Source of the DNA: Candidatus Latescibacterota bacterium
GTDB lineage: Bacteria > Latescibacterota > UBA2968 > UBA8231
Assembly: GCA_965204725.1 (NCBI GenBank)
Contig: OZ242005.1
Span: 3,936,001 to 4,000,000 of the forward strand
DNA: 64,000 nt
Reading direction: 5' to 3'
The position numbers and the translations under genes were made by a program. Numbering within the stretch: the first letter of the stretch is position 1; each line of letters opens with the position of its first letter. A model generated the notes under the pieces. That model had not been told where the DNA came from. It was given only the letters and a program-made list of their open reading frames with translations, and did not search any database. Positions 10,321-20,003 of the stretch are shown piece after piece.

Positions 10321-11315
10321 TGTTCCGCATCGGCCCAATAACCGCTGATCCCGGCATCCTGCTAGCGCCCATGGAGGCGGTCTCACAGCTACCTTTCCGC
10401 CTGATTTGCCGGGAACTAGGTGCCGACATCGCGTACACTGAGTTCGTCAATGCCGAGGGGCTGTTGCGCGAAGATCTCACCGGGCCGCGCCGCGCTTTTC
10501 GCAAGCTGCGTTTTTCAGAAGCAGAGCGGCCTTTGGCGATTCAGCTCTACGGCGCGGCCTCGCTGTCTATGGAGAAAGCCACTGAGATTGCCAGCGCGCA
10601 GAATCCAGACTTCATCGACATCAACTGCGGCTGCTGGGTGAGCAATGTGGCGCTGCGCGGCGCTGGGGCCGGGCTGTTGCGCGACTTGTCGCAGATGAAG
10701 GAGGTCGTCTCGCGCGTCCTGGGCGCGACGCACTTGCCGGTGACCGTAAAGACGCGCCTCGGCTGGGACCAGCAGAGCATCCGCATCGTCGAAGTAGCCC
10801 AGATGCTCGAAGATCTGGGCGTACAGGCACTGGCCATCCACTGCCGCACTCGCGCACAAGGTCACAAGGGCGCGGTGGCCTACGAGTGGATACCCCAAGT
10901 CAAGGCGGCGGTCTCGATCCCGATCCTTCTCAACGGCGACGTGACCTCGCCGCAGAGGGTCAAACACGCCTTCGACAGCACGGGATGCGACGGAGTGATG
11001 ATCGGCCGCGGTGCCATCCGCCACCCGTGGATTTTTCGCGAGTCCCAGTACTATCTAGAGACCGGTGCGCTCTTGCCCGAACCAAGCTGGCAGGAGCGCG
11101 CCGCGCTCTGCCTCAAGCACCTGCGGCTGGCCGTTGAGCACGGCGGCCCGCAAGAAGCGCTGGTCGGCATGCGACGCCACTACGCCGGGTATTTCCGCGG
11201 TTTGCGCGGCGCGGCGCGGCTCAGAGCCGAGTTGGCCAGCTACAAGGAGCTAACCCCTTTGTTCGATCGTCTCGCAGAACTGCGCGACACCGACCCAGAA
11301 CGCCTCGCCGCCTAA
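10320..11315 (+). CDS. dusB: tRNA-dihydrouridine synthase
   Basis: LLAPME, IDINCGC, GAGAGLL, VTVKTRLGW, IHCRT, NGDV, GVMIGRGA; start ATG 10320 (TAATG coupling). Confidence 0.88.
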   Translation: MFRIGPITADPGILLAPMEAVSQLPFRLICRELGADIAYTEFVNAEGLLREDLTGPRRAFRKLRFSEAERPLAIQLYGAASLSMEKATEIASAQNPDFIDINCGCWVSNVALRGAGAGLLRDLSQMKEVVSRVLGATHLPVTVKTRLGWDQQSIRIVEVAQMLEDLGVQALAIHCRTRAQGHKGAVAYEWIPQVKAAVSIPILLNGDVTSPQRVKHAFDSTGCDGVMIGRGAIRHPWIFRESQYYLETGALLPEPSWQERAALCLKHLRLAVEHGGPQEALVGMRRHYAGYFRGLRGAARLRAELASYKELTPLFDRLAELRDTDPERLAA

Positions 11316-11446
11316 TCCCCGCCCTTCTGTAGTTGCTGATCCCGCCGCGTTTGATGCGATGCTGTAGCACAAAAAGCGCATATTCTCCATAACGCAATCT
11401 AGAAACTTTTGCGGCAAAAATCACAAAAATTGCCAGAATTGCGACG

Positions 11447-13147
11447 CTAGGTTTTTCGCGTGTCCAAATGCGAGGGCAACCATCCTACAACGGCCTGCTC
11501 TGAGTCCTCGTCCCAAAAGAAATACAGCCGAAAACAGCGGCGTACGTCGTGGGTGTTCCCCTTTTTCAGATGCCGGTTGAGCAGATGCGACTGACCGACG
11601 TAGCGCACAAAGTACGTGTCGCCGTGCTCTCCGTGCCGTGTGCCAGCAAAGGTTTGGGTTTCCTCGAGGTTCAGGTCCGAACAAGCCTGCTTGAAGGCTT
11701 TTACTTTGGCAGGGCCGCCGAAGCGCCGCATGGGAACGTAGTAATCTCGGAGCAAAAGCAGCGCCTTATACAGGAAGGAAGGATCCTCGTACTTGCTCTT
11801 TTTGGCGGCGTGTTTGGCGCGTGGAAGCACTTCTACAAACCCCGCAAGATGCTTGTCGCACCACTCCTCAAAGTCGTTCAGGTCGCTTGGAATCTTCGGC
11901 TCTTTTGGACTGGAGCCGCTCGACAGGGCCTCTGGACTGGAGCCGCTCGACAGGGCCTCTTCGAGCATCTCCACGCGGGTGCGTAAGTTCCGCGCCCGTT
12001 GGGTAGCTGTCTCGGCCTTGGCTTGGGCTTCATCGCGCTCTTGCTCTACGGACTTCAAGACCCCTTCAAACGTCTCTTCCATCTCTTCGCGCTCGGATTG
12101 GAGATCGACGATCTGGGCCTCGGCGAGTTCGAGCCTCTCTTCTATGGACGCATTGGTCGCCTTGGCGCGCTCTATGCGACGCTCGGCTGCCAGCCGCCGA
12201 ATTTTGGCAAAGGACGGAAGATCGCCCGCAGGCTCCGACCGTTCGACCGCGTTTTTTAGTACGTGGTCGACCAAAAATTCCGCATACCTAGCCGGGCCTC
12301 CGTCCCAATTCTGAATGCGGCGGGCCGTTGCCCATGGGTGTTGATGCGGTTCGTCTTCCTTGGGGTTAAAATTCGGCAGATAGTTTCTGACGGCTCGGTT
12401 GAATACGGAAAACTCCCGCCCTAACTCGTAGGTCAAACCATAGGTGGCCGGCTCCGTGATGATCGCCACGTGGGCAGCGCCAAATGTCCTACGGCATAGA
12501 GCGTCAATCGGGCAAGCTGCGTCCTTGGGGTGTGTGGAGCCTGCCGGTAAGGATGCGACAATGACAGCGGCCCGCCGCTTTGGATCCTGAATCAGGTTGC
12601 ACAGCGCCAGAACGTCGTCAGGCTCGGAAACGAGCCATGGAATCGGGCGCAGCAAACGACCGTCTAGCGAGCTGGTGCCAATGGTTGCGATTTGCCGGAC
12701 GAAATCGGGAACGGACCGCTCGATGGGGATATTGGGACCGCGCCGAGTACATACAAAGCGTACGCTGATGGCGATCTTTGTGTCGGCTAGCCGCTTTAGC
12801 CCAACCTCCGTAACCCAAGTGAGCTGCGGAACGGACTTGTCGGCGTCGTCGAGCCGCGCTCCCCAAATTTTCGGATCGTCCAATAGCGCGGCCTCGGCGT
12901 ACTGCGCCCCAATTTTCTCGGTCTCAAAGGATTGACCGGCCCAAGCCGCCTCGGGGAGCGGTTGCCCCACTCGGTCGGCGATCCATTGCAAGGCTTTCTG
13001 TTGGGCCGTTGCAAAGAGGTCGTTTCCATCGCACGTGTGGACCTCAATGGAGATTTGGCTGATCGGCACCACAGACGAGTACTGATCCTGCATTCTCTTC
13101 TGCACGGGCCGCAACTGATCCGCCAGTGATGTGTTGTACGGACTCAT
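11447..13147 (-). CDS. Hypothetical protein with a central coiled coil and a possible RelE-like RNase C-terminus
   Basis: 566-aa ORF with an E/A-rich coiled coil; ends HLKKGNTHDVRRCFRLYFFWD...VVGWLPSHL. Confidence 0.6.
   Translation of the reverse strand: MSPYNTSLADQLRPVQKRMQDQYSSVVPISQISIEVHTCDGNDLFATAQQKALQWIADRVGQPLPEAAWAGQSFETEKIGAQYAEAALLDDPKIWGARLDDADKSVPQLTWVTEVGLKRLADTKIAISVRFVCTRRGPNIPIERSVPDFVRQIATIGTSSLDGRLLRPIPWLVSEPDDVLALCNLIQDPKRRAAVIVASLPAGSTHPKDAACPIDALCRRTFGAAHVAIITEPATYGLTYELGREFSVFNRAVRNYLPNFNPKEDEPHQHPWATARRIQNWDGGPARYAEFLVDHVLKNAVERSEPAGDLPSFAKIRRLAAERRIERAKATNASIEERLELAEAQIVDLQSEREEMEETFEGVLKSVEQERDEAQAKAETATQRARNLRTRVEMLEEALSSGSSPEALSSGSSPKEPKIPSDLNDFEEWCDKHLAGFVEVLPRAKHAAKKSKYEDPSFLYKALLLLRDYYVPMRRFGGPAKVKAFKQACSDLNLEETQTFAGTRHGEHGDTYFVRYVGQSHLLNRHLKKGNTHDVRRCFRLYFFWDEDSEQAVVGWLPSHLDTRKT
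11906..11959. repeat. Perfect in-frame 27-bp tandem duplication (EALSSGSSP x2)
   Basis: TGGACTGGAGCCGCTCGACAGGGCCTC at 11906-11932 and 11933-11959. Confidence 0.95.
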
Positions 13148-13170
13148 CGAACCGGCTTTCCTCGCAACAG

Positions 13171-13359
13171 CTATACCTCCGTTAGCTCAGGAACGCGTTC
13201 AGTCTCATACTTCTCAATCAGCACACCAATGACCTCCATCAATGAGGCCAAGGGATGATTTTCATTCTCACCTACCACATCAATCAAGTCGTCCAGTACA
13301 GCCACAAGCCGTTGATATTCGCTCTCTGTATGGGGAACGAATACAATAGGTGTCAGCAT
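13171..13359 (-). pseudogene. HigA-like antitoxin N-terminal fragment, no HTH and no toxin
   Basis: PHTESEYQRLVAVLDDLID...HPLASLMEVIGVLIEKYE; homology appears to extend upstream into the 3' end of the lyase gene. Confidence 0.6.
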
Positions 13360-14501
13360 GGGCCATACATCTTGAGTGCTTGCCCAAAATCCGCGCACAA
13401 ATCCTCGGCGGCCTCAATGCCGCACGCCACTCGCACCAAGCCATCGGCGATGCCCATGTCCGCCCGCTCCTTTGGACTCAAGCCGCTGTGCGATGTGGTG
13501 ACCGGCCGAGTAATGAGGGTTTCGACCCCGCCGAGACTGGGGGCTGACGCCGGCAGAATCAGCTTGGACAGCAACCGCTCGGCGGCCTCCACGCCCCCGT
13601 GCAACTCAAAGCTCAACACGCCGCCCGCCCCGGCAAACAGCCGCTGCGCCCGCTCGTATTGCGGATGGTTTTCTAACCCTGGGTAGTTCACCCGTACCAC
13701 CTGCGGCTGCTCGGCCAAAAAACGCGCCAGCCGCAGCCCGTTCTCGTCGTGTTGCCGCATTCTCAGCGACAGGGTCTTCAAGCCCCGCTGCAACAAAAAG
13801 CAGGCGTGCGTATCCAACGACCCTCCGAGGTGATTGAGCTTATGCGTAATGGCGCGGATGCGGGCCGCCGAGCCGACGACCACGCCCGCGACGATGTCCG
13901 AATGGCCGTTGAGGTACTTGGACGCGCTGTGTAGCTCTAGGTCAAACCCGAGTTTTAGCGGGCGGAAGTTGCACGGCGAGGCAAAGGTATTGTCGATCAG
14001 GGACACCAGCCCGTGCTCGCGGGCAAATTCCACTACCGCCTCTAAATCCGCGACCTCTAATAGCGGGTTGGTCATGGCCTCCACGTAGATCGCCCGCGTC
14101 TCGGGTCGGAGCTTGGCCGCCCAGGTCTCGGGCGCATTGCCGGCGATAAAGTCGCAGCGCAGCCCCAAGCCCGGCGCATCCTGCGTCACAAAGCTGTGCG
14201 TCCCTCCGTAGAGGCAGTCTTGAATCAGCAGGTGATCGCCGCTGTTGAGCACGGTCAGCAAGGCCGTGGTGATCGCCGCCATCCCCGATCCGGTGACCAA
14301 AGCCGCTTCGCCATCGCAGATAGCGGCTAATTTGGTGTGCAATGCGCGGTGATTGGGCGTGTTGTTGAGGCGGAGATAGCGGACGGCGTCGTACCGCTGC
14401 TCGTCTGACGAGACAAAGGTCGAGCTCTGGAAGATCGGCACCACCACAGCGCCGTCGATGCGCTCCTCGCCGGCGTGGACGAGACGGGTCTGAATATCCA
14501 T
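13353..14501 (-). CDS. Cystathionine gamma-lyase/synthase family PLP enzyme
   Basis: SGMAAI, LYGGT, DNTFASP, HSASKYLNGHSD, SLGGVETL. Confidence 0.92.
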   Translation of the reverse strand: MDIQTRLVHAGEERIDGAVVVPIFQSSTFVSSDEQRYDAVRYLRLNNTPNHRALHTKLAAICDGEAALVTGSGMAAITTALLTVLNSGDHLLIQDCLYGGTHSFVTQDAPGLGLRCDFIAGNAPETWAAKLRPETRAIYVEAMTNPLLEVADLEAVVEFAREHGLVSLIDNTFASPCNFRPLKLGFDLELHSASKYLNGHSDIVAGVVVGSAARIRAITHKLNHLGGSLDTHACFLLQRGLKTLSLRMRQHDENGLRLARFLAEQPQVVRVNYPGLENHPQYERAQRLFAGAGGVLSFELHGGVEAAERLLSKLILPASAPSLGGVETLITRPVTTSHSGLSPKERADMGIADGLVRVACGIEAAEDLCADFGQALKMYGPC

Positions 14502-14527
14502 TTCTTTCTCCTTAATCTAGGCGGCAC

Positions 14528-16609
14528 CTAGGCAAATTGGGCGAGCAGCCGCTCGTACAGTCCGATGAAGTCCCGACGCCCGTTGTCGCGGTTGTAGGCG
14601 TAGCACATGGGGTTGGGATTGAGCTCGAGGATGGAGAAACCAGCCGCGCCGTGGATGAGGTCCATGGCGTAAAAACCGAGCGAGTACACCCCGGCCACTT
14701 GCTCGGTTAGCACCTGCATTTGCGCCAGCAGTACCCCGTCTGCTAGGCGCACGGCCCGGCCATCGGCCTGATGCAGCGGGTTGCGGTCCCCATCCGTCCC
14801 TGTGGCCTTGCTCTCCTTGCGATAGGCCAACAACAGTTCATCGCGACTGGCGACGATCCGATACTCCGGCCCAGCCACGTATTGCTGCACCAGTGCAATG
14901 TTGTCGAGAAAGGCGCTGTTGGCAAAGAGGGATTCGAGCCGCTGAGCAAGGGCGGTGGCGTCGCGCTCCAAAAATACGCCCTGCGCCAGCGAGCTGTGGC
15001 ACTTCTTGACCAACAGGGGGAACTCGAATCGCGCCACGACCTCCGCGACGATTTCCGCGACTGAAGCGTGCGTCTTGTAGCGGTCAAAGCGTGCGTCGGC
15101 CAGTGGGTTGAAGAGCTTGAGCGTGTGGGGAACCGGCAGGCCGGCCGCGGCGAAATCCTCGTATTGGTATGCCTTGTCTTCGGCGAGTCGGGCCTCGACG
15201 TAATCGTTGAAGGGATGCTTGTTGCGCCAGAAGCGCAAGGGCCGCCGGCCGCCCGACAGCTTGAGCCGAGTGCCGTCGTCCGAAATCCACTCGCAGATGA
15301 GTTCCCGTCGCTGGCCGGCCGCGGCAACGCACGCCAGATTCTCCAGTGCCATGTCTTCGGTGATGCCGTCGCGCTCGCCGGGTAGGGAGAAAAACTCCCG
15401 CGCCCGCGCTACCAAGTGCAGCGACCCCGCCACGCAGACTCGGCCTTCGCGCCCCGCCAGCACTAGGGCGCGCTTGAGTGCTTGGCTGCTTGCAGGCACC
15501 TGCTCGACAGCCAGTCCATCCGGTGCCAAGTCCGCCAGTACCGCTGGTGCCAGTGCCCGTGGATGGTCCGACGAAGTCAGCAAGACCCGTTGCGCCACCG
15601 GCGCTAGCGCACACAAAATCCCCGCCGCATCGTGCCCTGTTCCCGCGCCGACGACCAGCACCCATGCTCCGCTCAGCCGCTGTAACTCCTTGGCCAACGC
15701 CGCGGCCGCGGCCGGATTGTGCGCCCCGTCGAGCAAAACCAACGGCTTCTCTCTCGCCACTTCAAAGCGGCCCGGCCAGCGATGGGTCGCCACGACTGGG
15801 TGCGCCCCCTCGTCTGCTAGGCCCCGGACGAGCTCCTGCGCCGCGGCAAGGGCCAGCCGCGCATTTTCCGCGTAGGTCGCCGGACGGTCCGTCAGAGGCC
15901 CTAAGTGCCACTCCGTGCCAGCAACCTGCAACGCCACTGCTCGCGTTGCACAGGTCTGCCGGATCAGAGCCATCACCTCCGGGGCCTGCGCCGCGGTGGT
16001 AATGAGCGTGCGATCCGTCCGGGCGATGTGCAGCTTGTCGGCGGCGATTTCCGCCAAGGTATTACCGAGCAGGTCCACGTGGTCTAGACCGATGGCCGTC
16101 AGGATTGCCAGTTCCGAGTCCCAAGCGTTGGTCGCGTCGTAGCGCCCCCCTAGCCCGACCTCAAAAACCCCGAACTCCACGCCCTGCTGCGCGAAGAGAT
16201 AGGCCGCGAGGCCGGTGAGGGCCTCGAATTTGCTAAACGAACCCAACGCCTCCCGGCCAAAGTCGCGGGTGCAATCGTCGAGGTGCGACACGGCTGCGGC
16301 CCATTGTTCCTTGCTGAGTATGTCGCCGTCAATGCGGATTCGCTCGCGCAGGGTGTGCAGGTGCGGCGAAGTGTACAGCCCGGCCTTGTGCCTTTGTGCC
16401 CTTAGGAGGGCGGCGAGCAGGCTGGCGACGGTTCCCTTGCCGTTGGTGCCGCCGACAATGACTGAGCGGAAGTGCGTCTGTGGGTCGCCGAGGCGGGCCA
16501 GCAGGGCGCGCATCCGCGGCAGGTAATCCGCGGTCGGCCCGAGCACGGGACGGCCGACCTCCCAGTCGGGCAGGGCGTCCAAATGGCGTTTGGCGCGAAA
16601 GTAATCCAT
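14528..16609 (-). CDS. folC: Folylpolyglutamate/dihydrofolate synthase fused to a C-terminal ATP-grasp domain
   Basis: GTNGKG, YTSPHL..LRERI, EVGLGGRYDATN, WPGRFE, LDGAHN, then ~280 aa with DKAYQY...GLPVP, LLVKK...SLAQGV, QQYVAGPEYR, MDLI...LELNPNP. Confidence 0.85.
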   Translation of the reverse strand: MDYFRAKRHLDALPDWEVGRPVLGPTADYLPRMRALLARLGDPQTHFRSVIVGGTNGKGTVASLLAALLRAQRHKAGLYTSPHLHTLRERIRIDGDILSKEQWAAAVSHLDDCTRDFGREALGSFSKFEALTGLAAYLFAQQGVEFGVFEVGLGGRYDATNAWDSELAILTAIGLDHVDLLGNTLAEIAADKLHIARTDRTLITTAAQAPEVMALIRQTCATRAVALQVAGTEWHLGPLTDRPATYAENARLALAAAQELVRGLADEGAHPVVATHRWPGRFEVAREKPLVLLDGAHNPAAAAALAKELQRLSGAWVLVVGAGTGHDAAGILCALAPVAQRVLLTSSDHPRALAPAVLADLAPDGLAVEQVPASSQALKRALVLAGREGRVCVAGSLHLVARAREFFSLPGERDGITEDMALENLACVAAAGQRRELICEWISDDGTRLKLSGGRRPLRFWRNKHPFNDYVEARLAEDKAYQYEDFAAAGLPVPHTLKLFNPLADARFDRYKTHASVAEIVAEVVARFEFPLLVKKCHSSLAQGVFLERDATALAQRLESLFANSAFLDNIALVQQYVAGPEYRIVASRDELLLAYRKESKATGTDGDRNPLHQADGRAVRLADGVLLAQMQVLTEQVAGVYSLGFYAMDLIHGAAGFSILELNPNPMCYAYNRDNGRRDFIGLYERLLAQFA

Positions 16610-16627
16610 GTAGGGGAAGGGTGCGGC

Positions 16628-17677
16628 TCACCCGCCGCGGGTGTGCATCTCGCGGTGCGGATCGGCTTGCAACTCTGCGACTTCATAGAGCACGTCGCGG
16701 TGTGGGTCGTCGCGCCGCTCTTCGGCGCTGCGATCGGCCCGTCCTACCCATCCCGCGCAAATGCGTCGCACCAGTCGCTCGCGGTCCGCTCCGGTGCGCA
16801 GCAAAGGCTTTAGGTCGGTGCCTTGCTGAGCATAGAGGCACAAGTACCACAGTCCGTCGGCCGTCAGCCGGCTGCGATCGCAGGCCCGGCAAAACGGCTC
16901 GGTGACCGACGCGACGATGCCAAAGCGCGTCCCGTCGCGCAGGCGGAAGCGCGCCGCTGGTGCCGCGCCCCGCTCGGCCTCGCGCTCGATAGGGCCGTAG
17001 TGCGCCTCCAGCCTCGCTAGCATCTCTTGCTGCGACACCACCGCTTTTAGCGACCAGTGAGTGGCCCCGCCCACATCCATGTATTCGATGAAGCGAACCT
17101 CCGCTCCCACTTCCCGGCCAAATTCGAGCAGAGCGACCAACTCGTCGTCGTTGAAGCCGCGCACCACGACCGAATTGATCTTGAGCGCGTCAAAGCCAGC
17201 CGCCGCCGCGGCGCGGATCCCCGCTAGGACTTTGGGATGCACGGCTCGCCGCGTCAACGCCTCAAAACGCGCTGGCTGGAGCGAGTCTAAGCTGACCGTG
17301 ACTCGCTGCAATCCGGCTTCCCGCAGCGGTCCAGCCCGGTGCGCCAGTTGCCGCGCATTGGTCGTCAGCGCTAGGTCCTCGACGAGGGGCAGGGCGGCGA
17401 GGCGGGCGACGAGCTCGGGCAAGTCGGCGCGCAATAGCGGCTCGCCGCCAGTCAGGCGGACGCTGCGGACTCCAACTTGACAAAAGGCATCGACCACGCG
17501 CTCGATCTCGGAGGCATTGAGGATGTCTTTATTCGGCAGCCAAGTGTAGTACTCTTCGGGCATGCAGTACTGGCAGCGCAGATCGCAGCGGTCGATTACC
17601 GACACGCGCAAAGAGACCAACGGGCGGCCCAGAAGATCGCGTACCAACTCGGTTTTGGCGGATGTTGCAAGGGCCAT
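16628..17677 (-). CDS. moaA: GTP 3',8-cyclase
   Basis: CDLRCQYC, RLTGGEP, RFIEYM, FCRACDRSR..ADG...CL, C-terminal GG. Confidence 0.95.
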   Translation of the reverse strand: MALATSAKTELVRDLLGRPLVSLRVSVIDRCDLRCQYCMPEEYYTWLPNKDILNASEIERVVDAFCQVGVRSVRLTGGEPLLRADLPELVARLAALPLVEDLALTTNARQLAHRAGPLREAGLQRVTVSLDSLQPARFEALTRRAVHPKVLAGIRAAAAAGFDALKINSVVVRGFNDDELVALLEFGREVGAEVRFIEYMDVGGATHWSLKAVVSQQEMLARLEAHYGPIEREAERGAAPAARFRLRDGTRFGIVASVTEPFCRACDRSRLTADGLWYLCLYAQQGTDLKPLLRTGADRERLVRRICAGWVGRADRSAEERRDDPHRDVLYEVAELQADPHREMHTRGG

Positions 17678-17857
17678 ACAAAGGCATCTACAGATAGGGT
17701 TAAAGGGAGTTGAGAATATAGAGAATCCCTAGTAGTCGGCAATGTCCCGGCGACAGCGGCGCGTTCTTGCTGTACGGAAGGCGGCGCGTGATATTAAGAA
17801 ACTTGCACTGCCCGCACCCAACCATACGGGCGTGCATCGCGCAACGAGAGGGGTTTA

Positions 17858-18754
17858 ATGAGTGCCACTGCCGCGATCCAAGAGATGCTCGCCGAGCACG
17901 GGTATGTCGCCGATCGCCAAGTTGTTATGTCCGTGTACCTCGCTCAGACCTTGGAGCGTCCCTTGCTCATTGAGGGACCGGCTGGCGTCGGCAAAACCGA
18001 GGTCGCCAAGGTCCTAGCTCGCGCCCTCGACACCGAGTTGATCCGCTTGCAGTGCTACGAGGGGCTGGACGCCCACGCCGCCCTGTACGAGTGGAACTAC
18101 CAGCGCCAACTCTTGCATCTCAAGCTCGACGAGAAGAGCCAACGTCCCTTAGCCGAGCGCGAGGCCGATCTCTTTTCCGAGGACTTCCTGCTCAAGCGTC
18201 CCTTGCTCCAAGCCATCACCCAGCCCGTCCCGCCGGTGCTGCTGATTGACGAACTCGATCGGGCCGACGAGGAGTTTGAGAGCTTCCTCCTCGAAGTGCT
18301 GTCCGACTGGCAGATTACCATCCCCGAAATCGGCACCATCCGTGCCGCCGTGCGACCGCACGTAATCCTGACCAGCAATCGCACCCGCGAGCTTTCCGAC
18401 GCGGTGCGCCGCCGCTGCTTCTACCTGTGGATTGACTACCCAGAGTTTGCCAAGGAAGTGGAGATCGTGCGCGGCAAGGTCGCCGGGATCGACGTCCAAC
18501 TCGCCGAGCAGATCTGCCGCTTCATGGAAAAGATCCGCCTGCAACGCCTCGAAAAAATGCCCGGCGTCGCCGAAACCCTCGACTGGGCCAAGGCCCTCGT
18601 CGCCCTGCACCAGCACCACCTCAACCTCGAAGTCGTGGCGGATACCTTGGGCATTGTGTTGAAGGACCAGCGCGACGTGGCGGAGGTGAAGCAATCGCTG
18701 GCCGAGTTCTTGGAAGGATTGGGGGTCCGCGCCAAGCTGGCTCCAAAACGATGA
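17858..18754 (+). CDS. coxD: MoxR-family AAA+ ATPase (CoxD-like)
   Basis: EGPAGVGKT, LQCYEGLD, YEWNY, LLIDELDRAD, KMPGVAETLDW. Confidence 0.88.
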   Translation: MSATAAIQEMLAEHGYVADRQVVMSVYLAQTLERPLLIEGPAGVGKTEVAKVLARALDTELIRLQCYEGLDAHAALYEWNYQRQLLHLKLDEKSQRPLAEREADLFSEDFLLKRPLLQAITQPVPPVLLIDELDRADEEFESFLLEVLSDWQITIPEIGTIRAAVRPHVILTSNRTRELSDAVRRRCFYLWIDYPEFAKEVEIVRGKVAGIDVQLAEQICRFMEKIRLQRLEKMPGVAETLDWAKALVALHQHHLNLEVVADTLGIVLKDQRDVAEVKQSLAEFLEGLGVRAKLAPKR

Positions 18755-20001
18755 ACCCCGAGATAGACGACCTGGCACTCCACGGCGCGTTGAGCGCGAA
18801 TTTGGTCGGCTTCTGCCGCCTGTTGCGCGCCCAGCGTTCCGGCGTGGCCTTGGGCGAGGAGCAAGACGCCCTCCGCGCCCTCGCGGCCATTGACTTGTCC
18901 GACCCGGAGGACTTTCGGCTGAGCCTGCGAACTACTTTGGCCAAGACGCCGGCCGAGCAAAAGCTCTTTGACGCGCTTTTCGCTGCCTACTGGTCCTTAT
19001 GGGATCGCGCCGGCGAATTGGGACGGCCTGCGCCCCCGGCCCCGGCAAAGGCCCCGGCCAAGCGTGCCCTGACGAGCGTCCGCGACTGGCTCAAACAGGG
19101 CGAGCCGACCGAAGAGGAGCGCGAGGCCGCCGGGTACAGCCCCATTGAGGTGCATACAAAGCGCGACTTTAAGGACTTTAACGCGGAAGAGTTGGAGGAG
19201 ATTGGGCGGTTGCTGCAAGCCATCGCCCGGGCGCTCGCCACGCGCTTGAGCCGCCGCTATCGGCCCGCCCGCCCGCCGGGCCGCCTCGACTTGCGGCGCA
19301 CCCTCCGCGCCAGCCTGCGCCGCGGCGGCGAGCTGCTAGACCTGTCCTATTGCCGCCGCACCTGCCAGAAGCCCAAGCTGGTCTTGTTGTGCGATGTCAG
19401 TAAGTCCATGGATCTGTACAGCCGTTTCTTGATCCAGTTCCTGTACGCCTTCCAAAACGCCTATCGCCGCATGGAGACGTTTGTGTTTGCGACCTCGCTC
19501 CACCATGTCGCGCCGCTGCTGAGGAGCGACGACCTGAGTGCGGGATTGGACGCGCTGGCCGCGCAAGTGCCGGATTGGTCGGGCGGCACGCGCATCGGGG
19601 CCGCGCTGGCGACCTTCCTCAGCAAACACGCCGACCTCGTCGATCGCCAGACCGCGCTGCTAATCGTCAGCGATGGCTGGGACACCGGCGACATTGAGAC
19701 GCTCGAAGAAGGTATGCATACATTGCAGTGCCGCAGCCGCTGCCTAATTTGGCTCAACCCCCTGCTGGGCAGCCCGAACTACCGGCCCGCCACACGCGGG
19801 ATGCAGGCCGCTTTGCCGTACATCGACCTCTTTGCCCCGGCCCACAACATCGAGAGCCTCAAGGCCCTCGGCGGATACCTGATGGCGTTGCGCGGTGCAA
19901 CGGCCGCGCAGTACCTGCGCCGCCCTGAGAATCCCGCGCCGCCGAAAGCCCAACCCGCCGCGCCGACGAGGGCCGACTGGTTCCGGCGCTTTGGAGTTTA
20001 G
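18751..20001 (+). CDS. coxE: vWA-domain CoxE-like protein
   Basis: DLRRTLR, CDVSKSMD MIDAS, WSGGTRIG, SDGWD, WLNPL. Confidence 0.88.
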   Translation: MNPEIDDLALHGALSANLVGFCRLLRAQRSGVALGEEQDALRALAAIDLSDPEDFRLSLRTTLAKTPAEQKLFDALFAAYWSLWDRAGELGRPAPPAPAKAPAKRALTSVRDWLKQGEPTEEEREAAGYSPIEVHTKRDFKDFNAEELEEIGRLLQAIARALATRLSRRYRPARPPGRLDLRRTLRASLRRGGELLDLSYCRRTCQKPKLVLLCDVSKSMDLYSRFLIQFLYAFQNAYRRMETFVFATSLHHVAPLLRSDDLSAGLDALAAQVPDWSGGTRIGAALATFLSKHADLVDRQTALLIVSDGWDTGDIETLEEGMHTLQCRSRCLIWLNPLLGSPNYRPATRGMQAALPYIDLFAPAHNIESLKALGGYLMALRGATAAQYLRRPENPAPPKAQPAAPTRADWFRRFGV

Positions 20002-20003
20002 CC

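Noticed and set aside
16628-17677. Radical SAM maturase for the island peptide
   Set aside because: It is a typical MoaA (C-terminal GG, Mo-cofactor context) and lies outside the island.
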